Origin: Shigella phage Sf20
Reading direction: 5' to 3' (one strand)
DNA: 64,000 bases
Sequence record: MF327006
The position numbers were made by a program, and so were the translations under genes. Each line of letters starts with the position of its first letter. Positions within the stretch are counted from its first letter, which is position 1. A model generated the notes under the pieces. The model saw nothing but the letters and a program-made list of their open reading frames with translations. It was not told where the DNA came from and searched no databases. Below, piece after piece: positions 27,377-36,879 of this stretch.

Positions 27377-27721
27377 TTATTTTTTCATGAGCTTAATGGC
27401 TTCTTCCATAGCCAGCACATTTCGATAGTTAGGGTATCGTGTTAGATCGTCATACATTCGCTTAAGGGTGGAAACTTCCTCAAACTCTGGGTTTTCTAGA
27501 TACAGTTGAACAAATTGTTTCTCTACCATCTCTGCTTTTAGCTTGTCTGCTTGTTCCTGTTCATATGATTTCGTTGGACCCAACACCAACAAAATGATAA
27601 AGGTGATCAACGGGCTAATGATCAATGATAGGATAACATAACCGATAACGCTACGGTTTAAACGGCTTGCATACATGCCTACCAGGAAAACAAAAAGGAT
27701 ATAGATAAACAGAAAGAACAT
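27377..27721 (-). CDS. membrane protein (two N-terminal TM helices)
   Basis: Hydrophobic N-terminal 50 aa followed by a charged coiled region. Confidence 0.5.
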   Translation of the reverse strand: MFFLFIYILFVFLVGMYASRLNRSVIGYVILSLIISPLITFIILLVLGPTKSYEQEQADKLKAEMVEKQFVQLYLENPEFEEVSTLKRMYDDLTRYPNYRNVLAMEEAIKLMKK

Positions 27722-27728
27722 ATAATGG

Positions 27729-28202
27729 TTACTCCTTATTTTCGCGCTCGTACTTTTCGAAATAAAATTCTACTGGCTGGTCATTAATTGACAGCAATCC
27801 AAAGCGTTTAGCCGCTCGCAATCCCATATTGCGCTGAATGTACTTCTGGAAGTTCTCGCGTATACACTTACGCCAGTATTCTAAGCCCATACAGCTTTTA
27901 TAAAGATTGCATTGCACACACGCCGGATTCATGTTATCAAGTATATCATGTTCCGGTTTATGCATTCCTACAACCTTATACTTCCACGATCCATCATCAT
28001 TACGGGCAATTCGTCCATTTTCATCATAGACTACCTTTGAGCGTCGCAATACTGGTTTGATGTGGTCTGCGTGCCAGCGATCCCCTAGTTCCTCGCCACA
28101 ATAGGCACAACGTCCACCATATTTCATTTTCAGGATCTGTCGTTGCTCTTTCTTTGACAATTTTTTAGGTTTAGGGGCTTTCGCCCCTTCATTATCACAC
28201 AT
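27729..28202 (-). CDS. HNH endonuclease (freestanding homing-endonuclease-like)
   Basis: CAYCGEELGDRWHADHIKP...CVQCN: HNH/zinc-finger signature. Confidence 0.7.
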   Translation of the reverse strand: MCDNEGAKAPKPKKLSKKEQRQILKMKYGGRCAYCGEELGDRWHADHIKPVLRRSKVVYDENGRIARNDDGSWKYKVVGMHKPEHDILDNMNPACVQCNLYKSCMGLEYWRKCIRENFQKYIQRNMGLRAAKRFGLLSINDQPVEFYFEKYERENKE

Positions 28203-29697
28203 CGAATACCTCTTTTACTGTATTTGCAGTGGTCTTGTCGTAGCGAATACGTTTGATGATTGGGAGAAATAAAGAGAACTCCGGTTCATCTTCTTTACGT
28301 GATTTGCTGCGAATGTACCCGTTGCATGTCATCTCAATGACTTTTCCAATCAGGTTATGACGGTCAGCCCATAACATTTCTCGGTCGAGTTCATTTCGAC
28401 GATCGAACGGAATTACACGTTCAGTACCATCATCACCTTTTTCGGTTGTAGTGTCGGTTAATCCCGATCCGGTGTTAGTCATCATTCGTCCGCACGCACT
28501 ACGGACAGTAAAACCGCCTACCTTATTGGGGTCTTTACTATGCGGATATACATCAACAATTTCCGCGTCGAAGTCAATCACTTCTTTAAATTTAACCTGA
28601 TCTTTACTACGGCGATCTTCAAATACACCATGTAAATTTTTAAGGATAATACCTTCTAAGCCCATGTTTACATAGCGATGATATACTTCGCGAGCTTCAT
28701 CTATATTGTTAACTACAGTGTTTTCGATTATCTGAACACGAGGATCGTTAAGTTCTTCAACAATCTGTTTTAGTTCTTCGAATCGATCTTTATATTGCTT
28801 CGTTGCTTTCTCGTTTCCGTAATACACATCACGGTCGATAACATCCCAGACAGTGTAAACAATACATTGGGCTTCTTCTTTTGGAATAGTTCCTTTCAGT
28901 GATTTGTTGAGGATACCATTTCCGGTCTGACGATCTGCAACAACGGATTCTTTTACTGCTTCCGCTACTGGCGTTAATGGCATTTCCTCTTCTTCAAATA
29001 TCCATGACAGAGTACCATCATAAACGCTTTCAACGAAGTTCTGCGCTGGTGTTTGCGAAAGGGTAGGCATATATACCAATTCCCCATCTAGAACAATTCC
29101 ACGGCCTCGTAGACGCTCTAGAACAGCAAACAAATCATCAAGTCCCTGATAGGTATTACCTGAACGGGTATAGATTGCTAATGTTTCCCCGTCAATATCA
29201 GCCATCCCACGAGCGCCATCGCTTTTAAGTTGTGCATACGCCGGATACTTGATATTAGCAATAGTCTTATCAGAACATGACGATGCAAGGTGGCACGGTT
29301 GCTGAGGGATCAGTTTCTTCCATACCTTGTTTGCAGTGGTAGCGGAACAACCACATTCCAGATCACGATTCAGGACCATCATTGCAACTTTAGCATCATC
29401 CTCTGACAAGCAAGTCAGAGTATCGGTAACTAGCTGTAATGCTGCATTACCAGTTACTTGACGCGTGGCAAGTTTATTTTTAAAGACCTGTAATGCACCG
29501 GATAAAGACAATACAGACGAATAGCGAGATGGTTTATCGTATTTCTTTACGCCAAACGTAACCTGTTTGCAATATGCCAGATAAAAGCATTCTTTCAGCG
29601 TTTCATTGCTTGCTGATTCTTTCAGAATCTTTTCTTTCAGCGATGTTTTGTCTGTTGCTGCAAGCTGATTAATGATATTAAGAATTGACATTTTCAC
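28195..29697 (-). CDS. 30: ATP-dependent DNA ligase gp30
   Basis: Adenylation motif KSDGARG (KxDGxR), size 500 aa, synteny alt-30-31. Confidence 0.85.
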   Translation of the reverse strand: MKMSILNIINQLAATDKTSLKEKILKESASNETLKECFYLAYCKQVTFGVKKYDKPSRYSSVLSLSGALQVFKNKLATRQVTGNAALQLVTDTLTCLSEDDAKVAMMVLNRDLECGCSATTANKVWKKLIPQQPCHLASSCSDKTIANIKYPAYAQLKSDGARGMADIDGETLAIYTRSGNTYQGLDDLFAVLERLRGRGIVLDGELVYMPTLSQTPAQNFVESVYDGTLSWIFEEEEMPLTPVAEAVKESVVADRQTGNGILNKSLKGTIPKEEAQCIVYTVWDVIDRDVYYGNEKATKQYKDRFEELKQIVEELNDPRVQIIENTVVNNIDEAREVYHRYVNMGLEGIILKNLHGVFEDRRSKDQVKFKEVIDFDAEIVDVYPHSKDPNKVGGFTVRSACGRMMTNTGSGLTDTTTEKGDDGTERVIPFDRRNELDREMLWADRHNLIGKVIEMTCNGYIRSKSRKEDEPEFSLFLPIIKRIRYDKTTANTVKEVFDV

Positions 29698-30157
29698 CTC
29701 GTTTTGTTAAACGTTCACGAATATCATTGAGGATACTACAAAATTCCGATTCAGTCAATATAGTCTTTAACGGATCAGTTCCACCTATACTATGACGTAA
29801 TTTCTTATTTCCGGTAGAGAGTAATGCTTTACAAAATTCTGGGTTATTCCGTGCCATCGTAACAAATGCCAGATGTACCAGTCTGTAATAATGCTCACTC
29901 ATTCGATGAATAGGGCGACCCTGAAAATATAACATGTGATTCTCAATCTTTTCAGTTCTTCCGGTTCTTTTTGCTTTGCCACCGTGCATCAAAAAGATTT
30001 CTCTTTGTCTCTGAGGGTTCTTAAATCTTAGCCCCTGTAAAAATCCTTCTGTGCTGTTAATATCGCAACCAAATAGACGGAATGGTCTTTTATTGAAATT
30101 ACTCAATTCACCCGATGGATAAGGTCCACCCGCATAGATATCAATTTCAGAAGTCAT
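29678..30157 (-). CDS. NADAR/YbiA-like (DUF1768) protein
   Basis: LSNFNKRPF...EGFLQGLRF and ALLSTGNKKL match the YbiA/NADAR family signature. Confidence 0.65.
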   Translation of the reverse strand: MTSEIDIYAGGPYPSGELSNFNKRPFRLFGCDINSTEGFLQGLRFKNPQRQREIFLMHGGKAKRTGRTEKIENHMLYFQGRPIHRMSEHYYRLVHLAFVTMARNNPEFCKALLSTGNKKLRHSIGGTDPLKTILTESEFCSILNDIRERLTKRGENVNS

Positions 30158-30393
30158 TGAAACTAATCTCGCTAATCAGAGAGAACGGATCATAATCGTC
30201 ATTAGGAATATCGATAGTAATCGAATGAGGATTTACCCATACACCAAACTGGTCTTCTTCGGTGAATACTTCGGTATGGATTTCGTGGATGTTTACATTC
30301 ATAGTTTTCATAATAAAATTCCTTAATAATCAATAACTTACAAAATCATATAGCCAAAATATAGGCGGGATTATTTCCCGCCGTTTAAAATCA

Positions 30394-30717
30394 TTAACCG
30401 TAAACTACCACAATATTCTGTTTGTGCGTTACAGTCCATTTCAGGTCGATCTCTTCTTCCTTCTTAACGCCGTTAATAACGTCTGGATGAGGAACTTTAT
30501 TCATCTTGCCATGTGGCAGTAGAACAGTTTTACCCAGCAATTCTTTATCTACCGTCTCGCCAATATCAATAATCTTACCTACCAGCGGAATCTCGCCCAT
30601 AGTGCGCTTTTGCTCAATAATGATTCCCATAGAGCTTTTTACTTCGGTCCCTGCGCTTTCTGCTTTAGCTTCGATAATTACATAATCACCAAGTGCTTTA
30701 GGAGTTTTAACGGTCAT
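30394..30717 (-). CDS. 31: gp31 head assembly co-chaperonin (GroES-like)
   Basis: ALGDYVIIE, GIIIEQKRTMGEIP, KVPHPDV align with T4 gp31; size 107 aa. Confidence 0.7.
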   Translation of the reverse strand: MTVKTPKALGDYVIIEAKAESAGTEVKSSMGIIIEQKRTMGEIPLVGKIIDIGETVDKELLGKTVLLPHGKMNKVPHPDVINGVKKEEEIDLKWTVTHKQNIVVVYG

Positions 30718-30758
30718 AATTTTATTACCTCTTCAAATCAATACAGTTTAATGATGAA

Positions 30759-31079
30759 TTATTTATAAATTTCGACGATCTGCGCTGGAGTCAGCCCGTC
30801 TACATTAATCAGACTATCAAGCCCAAAACTACGGAAACCTTCAACTGCAATTTCATATACTGGCAAAGATGTTTCTGATTCTTTACGCGGTTTTTCAACA
30901 TTAGGAACTAACCACTTTTCGTATGTTTCAAACGGCATCAGTGCCGGATCTCGCGTGGCGATCATCTCACGGACAGTACCATCTTTCTTAGTAAACTGCA
31001 AAGAGTGAGTACCGACCGAAAACATTTTCTTTAGTGCTTCACGAAGTGCGATATTATCAACTTGTTCAGTCATTATCAA
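30759..31079 (-). CDS. hypothetical protein (106 aa)
   Basis: ORF between gene 31 and cd. Confidence 0.45.
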   Translation of the reverse strand: MIMTEQVDNIALREALKKMFSVGTHSLQFTKKDGTVREMIATRDPALMPFETYEKWLVPNVEKPRKESETSLPVYEIAVEGFRSFGLDSLINVDGLTPAQIVEIYK

Positions 31080-31572
31080 TACCCTTCAAATCAGTCAATA
31101 ATGCTTTTGGAATACGCGTGATCGTAATATCTGCATTATTCAGAATATCAGCCCAATCACGCCCACCATTTCGGTCATATGTGTCGCAATAGTATAAATG
31201 TTTAATTCCACTGTTTGCAATTGCTTTAGCGCAATCTGGACACGGTGAAGCAGTACACCACATACTAGCGCCTTCAATCGATACCCCGCTACGGGCAGCA
31301 AACAAAATAGCATTTAATTCAGCGTGGATCTCGTTTTTCTGTGACCATGCACTATGCTCTGGTCGTTTTTCTGGGATCATTTTGCCGTCATCATCCAGCC
31401 AACCGTTTTTATGTGCATGACAGCTACAATTTACTTGCCCTGCTGGAGTTCCGTTAAATCCAGTAGAAATGATTCGCCCGTCTTTTTCGATCAGTGCGCC
31501 TACCTTCCACGAAACACATTTAGAGTTCTTTGCGATCAGATAGGCGATCTGCATGTAAGTTTGTGACAACAT
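31066..31572 (-). CDS. cd: dCMP deaminase
   Basis: Zinc-binding deaminase motifs HAELNAI and PCPDC. Confidence 0.85.
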   Translation of the reverse strand: MLSQTYMQIAYLIAKNSKCVSWKVGALIEKDGRIISTGFNGTPAGQVNCSCHAHKNGWLDDDGKMIPEKRPEHSAWSQKNEIHAELNAILFAARSGVSIEGASMWCTASPCPDCAKAIANSGIKHLYYCDTYDRNGGRDWADILNNADITITRIPKALLTDLKGIDND

Positions 31573-31593
31573 AATATAATCCTCACATAGTAA

Positions 31594-31797
31594 TTAACCG
31601 TATACGCGAAAGTATTCTACTGATCCGTCGCTATACTGTTTTACATTGAATGTATTCACACCATGATTATTTCTCATGATGACATATACACTGCGACGTT
31701 CATCGCTAAACGGCATAACTGGCGCTGGTTCAATATCAACACTAAAACCACGTTTAGCAAGTGCTTCGCCTAATTGCTTGAGTTTATCGGTAAACAT
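31594..31797 (-). CDS. hypothetical protein (67 aa)
   Basis: ORF coupled to pseT. Confidence 0.4.
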   Translation of the reverse strand: MFTDKLKQLGEALAKRGFSVDIEPAPVMPFSDERRSVYVIMRNNHGVNTFNVKQYSDGSVEYFRVYG

Positions 31798-32675
31798 TAA
31801 AAGTCTCCGTAGTTAACCTGAAAACATTCTACACCAATTGAGCGGTACATGTCAACCACTTGATCACGGTCATCTACTGCCAAAACAACATGATAACGCG
31901 GTGCAATTTCAGAGAAGAAAATCTCTTTCTTTACTTCATGATCAGGACGACGATCATTAGTTTCACGCTGGAAGTGATCGCTAGGTTCAATACCCTGTTC
32001 ACGCAGCCATTGCAGAGTATCTTCTTCGCAAACATCCTCACGCCCTGAGCATGTAATGATACGATAACCATTATCACGATACAGTTTAAGCATTTCGATC
32101 ACTTGCGGACGCGGTTTATCTTCTTTGACCTTTGTCCAGTCAAACGGATGACGACCGCCCTTATCCGCTAATGTCCCATCAATATCAAAGATCACCGCTT
32201 TCGGTAGCATGGTATTCGGTTTGTATACTTCTTGACCCATATATTCCTGCATCAGATAAAATTGGTTACGCAAATGAGAAAGTGGAATTGCTTTCTCGCC
32301 GCGATAGAAATTACGTTTCTTTAGTGTCTCAAACGGTTCATTGAACACTTGTTCAGTATACACCGCGTTAAATTCTTTTGCAAGTTCTTTGTAGAATACA
32401 CGATGTTTTTCTTTCAGGTTGGTATCAGAGATAATGAGACTCAATCCGCGTGATAGAGTCTCACGAGCAATCATTCTCTGAATAGACTCTACCAGCTTTT
32501 CTTTTTCCTTAGTATACTTGTATTTCAAAAGTGAGTCAACACCAAACAACATAAGACGAAGATCATCACGATTCACATTACGATAATTACTAAACCGTTT
32601 ACATGTTTCCATAGCCCATGTAGTTTTACCGGACCCAGAACAACCAACGGTTAAAATCACTTCACATTTCGGCAT
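31797..32675 (-). CDS. pseT: polynucleotide 5'-kinase/3'-phosphatase
   Basis: P-loop GCSGSGKTTWA, HAD motif IFDIDGTLA, C-terminal LAVDDRDQVVDMYRSIGVECFQV as in T4 Pnk; start MPKCEV with AGGAG RBS. Confidence 0.9.
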   Translation of the reverse strand: MPKCEVILTVGCSGSGKTTWAMETCKRFSNYRNVNRDDLRLMLFGVDSLLKYKYTKEKEKLVESIQRMIARETLSRGLSLIISDTNLKEKHRVFYKELAKEFNAVYTEQVFNEPFETLKKRNFYRGEKAIPLSHLRNQFYLMQEYMGQEVYKPNTMLPKAVIFDIDGTLADKGGRHPFDWTKVKEDKPRPQVIEMLKLYRDNGYRIITCSGREDVCEEDTLQWLREQGIEPSDHFQRETNDRRPDHEVKKEIFFSEIAPRYHVVLAVDDRDQVVDMYRSIGVECFQVNYGDF

Positions 32676-33127
32676 TATTTCTCCTTCGGTTTGCACCGTT
32701 CCTCATTAAGTTCTTTGCGATAATAACACATGATCAACTTACTTTCAAGTGTATATCTCTTGATATCCGCAAGCCAGACTCTGAATTTTTGGGAGTCCTC
32801 CCACGACATAGAAACTCTAGGTTTACCGTCTATTGTATCCACTTTCAGGTCAATGTCAACTTTTTCTATTGGTGCTGGTAGTGGTGGATGTAATTTCGGT
32901 TCCTGTGAATAATGGTCCATTGTACACGAAGAAAGAGCAAATACAATAGGCACAGCGAAGACATGGATTATGGCGGTCTGAAAATTCTTATGTGCTTTCT
33001 TAAACAACCAGTGTATCACGAAAATTGAAAACACCATAAGGATAATAATGCTTGCACCTATCCCCAGATAATCAACCAGATTAAAATTGCTTATCTGCTC
33101 TTGCGTAGGCAATATTTCTATGCTCAT
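32675..33127 (-). CDS. putative outer-membrane spanin / lipoprotein
   Basis: Hydrophobic N-terminus then lipobox-like LSSC and a Pro-rich segment; adjacent to i-spanin-like gene, as pseT.2/pseT.3 are in T4. Confidence 0.35.
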   Translation of the reverse strand: MSIEILPTQEQISNFNLVDYLGIGASIIILMVFSIFVIHWLFKKAHKNFQTAIIHVFAVPIVFALSSCTMDHYSQEPKLHPPLPAPIEKVDIDLKVDTIDGKPRVSMSWEDSQKFRVWLADIKRYTLESKLIMCYYRKELNEERCKPKEK

Positions 33128-33447
33128 TTAGTAGCCTCCTTTAATTCTTCGGTAAACTCCTTAAATGAATCATTAAGCTGTTTCTCTACCAACTTGGGTT
33201 TTTGTGCTACTACATATCCTCGTGTAGCGTCTTTCATTGCTTTGTTTTGTTCTTCTGCAAACTTAGTTCTTATTCCGTACATCTCCTTTTGTAGTGAGTC
33301 TACAACCTTCATCTTTTCATCTGTCTTTTTCTTATACTCTGTAAATTCCTGATTCAGTCGATCTACCTCCTTTTTATTTTCCCACCACATATTGCCACCT
33401 ACCCCCAGCAACACAGATATGATAACAATGTATATCAGCTTTGACAT
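33124..33447 (-). CDS. putative inner-membrane spanin (N-terminal TM plus coiled coil)
   Basis: Start MSKLIYIVIISVLLGV (TM) then charged coiled coil; position next to pseT. Confidence 0.4.
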   Translation of the reverse strand: MSKLIYIVIISVLLGVGGNMWWENKKEVDRLNQEFTEYKKKTDEKMKVVDSLQKEMYGIRTKFAEEQNKAMKDATRGYVVAQKPKLVEKQLNDSFKEFTEELKEATK

Positions 33448-33491
33448 ATTACCCCCAACGACAAAAGGCGGGGAACTAGCCCCGCTTATTA

Positions 33492-34661
33492 TTACCAATC
33501 AATCTTATCAGCCGGAATCAGTTTCTTATAATTCCGTAGATAGTAAGTTTTCATTGAAGCCAGAATACGGTCATAATCAAGACCATCAAATGCAATCATC
33601 AGACACATGAAAATATATGCTTGTGCATCACCGTGTTTACGTGATTCGATAGTCGCATTTGATGCATATGTCTTTCTGTCTTCTCCCGCGTGTGCGTTAT
33701 AAAATTCTGTTGCTGTCGTGAAGGCATTGCGAAGAATAGACCTGAATGCTTCCTCGAATAGCTCGATTCGTTCCAGTGCTTCCGGTTCGCCTTCATATGC
33801 AGCACGCAAATCATCGGTTTCGCTTTCTACGACATAGTAGATCAGGTTATTAGGAAACATCGATGTGTTTTTAATGTTATGCACACCAATATACCATTCA
33901 CTCTTCACTTTGAACAGTTGACCGTCTTTAGTGCGTGCAACAATTCCTTCGATACCTTCTGCGGTCCGAACTTCATCAAGAATATTGCTAAAACGCGCTG
34001 AATCAACCTGTAGCGCATTTACCAGATGAGGACGTAGGATTGCGTCAGCAAATAGCATTTGATGCGGTACGTACTCTCCTGTGACGTTATGGCGTACATT
34101 CAGAAGTGTTAGCGACGGTTCAGAATATTCTACAACAATTCGGTTGCTGGGTGCTGTATATTCAAAGTTGAAAGTATAATCAGACCCAATATCAGCAATC
34201 TTAGCGCGTAGATCCGCATACTTCTCTGAATACAGAAGACCGTTTGCTCTCTCTGCCTGGCTTGAGTACAAGGCCGCTTTAGACTTCAACTGAACATAGC
34301 CGTTATCAATGTATGTGCTTACTAGACTACCGTCCATTTTGTCCATGACCATTTCCACATCTTCCGGCTTAAAGCGAGCGCGATCATTCTCACCCAAATT
34401 AAAAAACTTCTCCATAGGACGAGATGCGATGCGGACCGGACGACCTTTATCGTCAATTTCAAACATGATCCCGCGACACTCTAACGCATCTGGTTTATTC
34501 CACATTTCAGGTTTGCTCAAGTACAGATAGCTAAAAATGCGCATACGGGTTTGCATCGCCGTAATTTCATCTTTGTAATAGAACGTATCAGATCCGTCAC
34601 ATAGTGCCATCAGATTTTTGAACAATGCTAAAACTTTTTTGTTGTTTTCTTTTGTTGACAT
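33492..34661 (-). CDS. rnlA: RNA ligase 1
   Basis: Nucleotidyltransferase lysine motif KMDGSL; size 389 aa; synteny. Confidence 0.8.
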   Translation of the reverse strand: MSTKENNKKVLALFKNLMALCDGSDTFYYKDEITAMQTRMRIFSYLYLSKPEMWNKPDALECRGIMFEIDDKGRPVRIASRPMEKFFNLGENDRARFKPEDVEMVMDKMDGSLVSTYIDNGYVQLKSKAALYSSQAERANGLLYSEKYADLRAKIADIGSDYTFNFEYTAPSNRIVVEYSEPSLTLLNVRHNVTGEYVPHQMLFADAILRPHLVNALQVDSARFSNILDEVRTAEGIEGIVARTKDGQLFKVKSEWYIGVHNIKNTSMFPNNLIYYVVESETDDLRAAYEGEPEALERIELFEEAFRSILRNAFTTATEFYNAHAGEDRKTYASNATIESRKHGDAQAYIFMCLMIAFDGLDYDRILASMKTYYLRNYKKLIPADKIDW

Positions 34662-35058
34662 AATTTGTGTTCCATTCTGGTTTAAATTTGGTGATCAAAA
34701 CAGGTTCTTCGATATCGGCAGTGCTTATAATATCTTTACCCGTTGGATTCTCAATATATAACTCAAAGCACTGGCGGTAATAGAATGTTACTGTCTTACC
34801 TTCCTCTAGCGCCTTATGAATATTCTTACTCTTGCGAGTATCCGCTGTTGGTGTTTGTCTGTTAATGCTAGTCCGGTAATAATTGATCCGCTTTCTGAGA
34901 TTGACAGTCTGACCAATATATACCAGTTCATCATCAACAACAATAGCGTAAAGAACATTTAAACGGTTCTTCTGAGGCGGCAGAATCACATCACCATCTT
35001 TACACTCTAAACATGAATATTTAACGAATCCATAGTTTTCTATTAGCTCATTAATCAT
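34597..35058 (-). CDS. denA: endonuclease II (GIY-YIG family)
   Basis: NVLYAIVVDDELVYIGQTVNLRKRINYYRT closely matches T4 EndoII. Confidence 0.8.
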   Translation of the reverse strand: MINELIENYGFVKYSCLECKDGDVILPPQKNRLNVLYAIVVDDELVYIGQTVNLRKRINYYRTSINRQTPTADTRKSKNIHKALEEGKTVTFYYRQCFELYIENPTGKDIISTADIEEPVLITKFKPEWNTNYVNKRKQQKSFSIVQKSDGTM

Positions 35059-35108
35059 TATCCTTTCCTCACGTCACAACAAAGGCGGGATTTCTCCCGC
35101 CCACCTTA

Positions 35109-35507
35109 TTAACTTTCCAGAATATCGCGAGCTTCGTTACGATCCTTGATGATTTTCAAGACAAATTCCAGTTTTTCTTTGTTCAGCGTTCCATTTTCCA
35201 TTGCTTCTTTGACGGTAAACACTCCGCCACCTTGCCCGTATACAGTGACAGTGATTTCACCTAACATCGTGGTATGAAAACCGCCAATTTTCGGTGATTC
35301 GAAAGAAACAATTACCTCGCGAACAGTATTACCGTCGTTGATTTCTGAGAGGGTAATGTCGTTTTTGTAGGCGGTTGCTTTAACCATACGGATCAGCATA
35401 GTCTGATCTGGGGAGATGGTCATTTTGTCCATTGCATGTTGCAATGCAGCGTAACCGAAAACTTTAACGAAGTCCAGAACGTCTTTGCGAGTTTGAAATT
35501 TAATCAT
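35109..35507 (-). CDS. hypothetical protein (132 aa)
   Basis: ORF behind promoter-like element at ~35541-35569. Confidence 0.45.
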   Translation of the reverse strand: MIKFQTRKDVLDFVKVFGYAALQHAMDKMTISPDQTMLIRMVKATAYKNDITLSEINDGNTVREVIVSFESPKIGGFHTTMLGEITVTVYGQGGGVFTVKEAMENGTLNKEKLEFVLKIIKDRNEARDILES

Positions 35508-35540
35508 CTTGATACTCCTTAGTTGTTTTGGTATGGGAGT

Positions 35541-35569
35541 ATCTTACTACTCCCGTGATATGCTGTCAA
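35541..35569 (-). promoter_or_regulatory. early promoter overlapping stem-loop GGGAGTAGTAAGATACTCCC
   Basis: TTGACA on - strand with hairpin in the spacer/-10 region; same hairpin recurs at ~25541 and ~62470. Confidence 0.4.
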
Positions 35570-35794
35570 CTGCTTTTTTATGCAACCGCAAACATCAACA
35601 TTTGAACATTCTTGGCTGTCTGGCTTTCAAAGTTCTGACATTCTTTGATAATGTCCTCTACTTTCTCGCCGGAGATCTCCGCGTAAGTTTCGATTGCCAT
35701 TTTCAGTACCGCGTCAAAGTTGTTCATTTGATTCTCCTTAAAGTGTATTTCGTTTCGATGGGGGTATATTACTACCCCCGTTTCATGCTGTCAA

Positions 35795-36013
35795 CTACTT
35801 TTTAATGACAAGTTCGAATTTTGCTACCTTGCGTCCTCGTTTATTGAAAGCAACCCACGGACGGTTTTCAATGTAGAACAATTCTTCACCAATAATGAAT
35901 ACTGGCTGATTGTAAAGGCGACCCATCAGGTCACGCTGGCGAATGGTAGTAGATTCGTATACTTCGCCTACTACAAAGTGCTTGCTGATAGAGTCGGTGC
36001 AAGTAAATTTCAT
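35795..36013 (-). CDS. hypothetical protein (72 aa)
   Basis: ORF with promoter cassette upstream. Confidence 0.4.
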   Translation of the reverse strand: MKFTCTDSISKHFVVGEVYESTTIRQRDLMGRLYNQPVFIIGEELFYIENRPWVAFNKRGRKVAKFELVIKK

Positions 36014-36082
36014 TTTGATTCTCCTTTGTTTCGTTTCGATGGGGGTATATTACTACCCCCGTTATTCAGTGTCAACTACTTT

Positions 36083-36301
36083 TTACTTGTTGTATTCATT
36101 CCACCATTGGGTTAGCTTATCAATTATTTTTGTGTTTCTATCCAACTTCTCCCACCGTTTTCTAGGGTTTATCAACCGGAATAGGTAAGGTGTACTTGTT
36201 AAGTGAACTCGGTCAATGTAGTGATTGATGTACTGCTTTTCGATTCTAAGTTTCATCTTTTTACGATGAAAATATGCAATGACTTGTTCTTCTGTTTCCA
36301 T
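36083..36301 (-). CDS. hypothetical protein (72 aa)
   Basis: ORF with promoter cassette upstream. Confidence 0.4.
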   Translation of the reverse strand: METEEQVIAYFHRKKMKLRIEKQYINHYIDRVHLTSTPYLFRLINPRKRWEKLDRNTKIIDKLTQWWNEYNK

Positions 36302-36402
36302 ATGTTCCTCCGTTTCGATGTGCGTATTATGCTATGGTAAGATCAGATTGTCAACACCCAATAACAAAAAAAGTCGCCACTATGGGCGACTTTGAACAAA
36401 CA

Positions 36403-36879
36403 TTAATCATGACCGTGATTTGCAATATCCGCTCGCGTCTTATCTTTGTGATTTCCTACGTCAAAGACACGATAACCATTTTCACGCAAAACTTTAATCA
36501 CTTCTGGGTTATCCTCAAAGACTCCGACAACTTCATCTTTATCAAAGGATTTAATTACCTCTAATTTGATGTGATAGTCTTTACGGGAATCGGTACGGCC
36601 TCTCATAAAGATTTTATCAAAACACACCCCGTTAGAAATCAACCAATCAATTGTTTCCATGTAAGCATGTGAACTTCGTCCGGTGAGGATGTAAATCAAA
36701 TGCCCGTTGTCGGAAAGAGCATTAATAACACGAATTACATCGTAAATGGGGGAATCTCCCCCACATGCCTTGTTATATTCGATCCATGACTCGACTTTAT
36801 CAAGATTTTCGGTTGGCATCTTTGCTAGTCGATGTGTTGGATCTGTGATTGTAAAATCTAAATCGACAAAATATATCAT
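36403..36879 (-). CDS. HAD-superfamily phosphatase-like protein
   Basis: N-terminal DxDxT motif (VDLDFTIT) and ILTGRS motif II. Confidence 0.55.
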   Translation of the reverse strand: MIYFVDLDFTITDPTHRLAKMPTENLDKVESWIEYNKACGGDSPIYDVIRVINALSDNGHLIYILTGRSSHAYMETIDWLISNGVCFDKIFMRGRTDSRKDYHIKLEVIKSFDKDEVVGVFEDNPEVIKVLRENGYRVFDVGNHKDKTRADIANHGHD

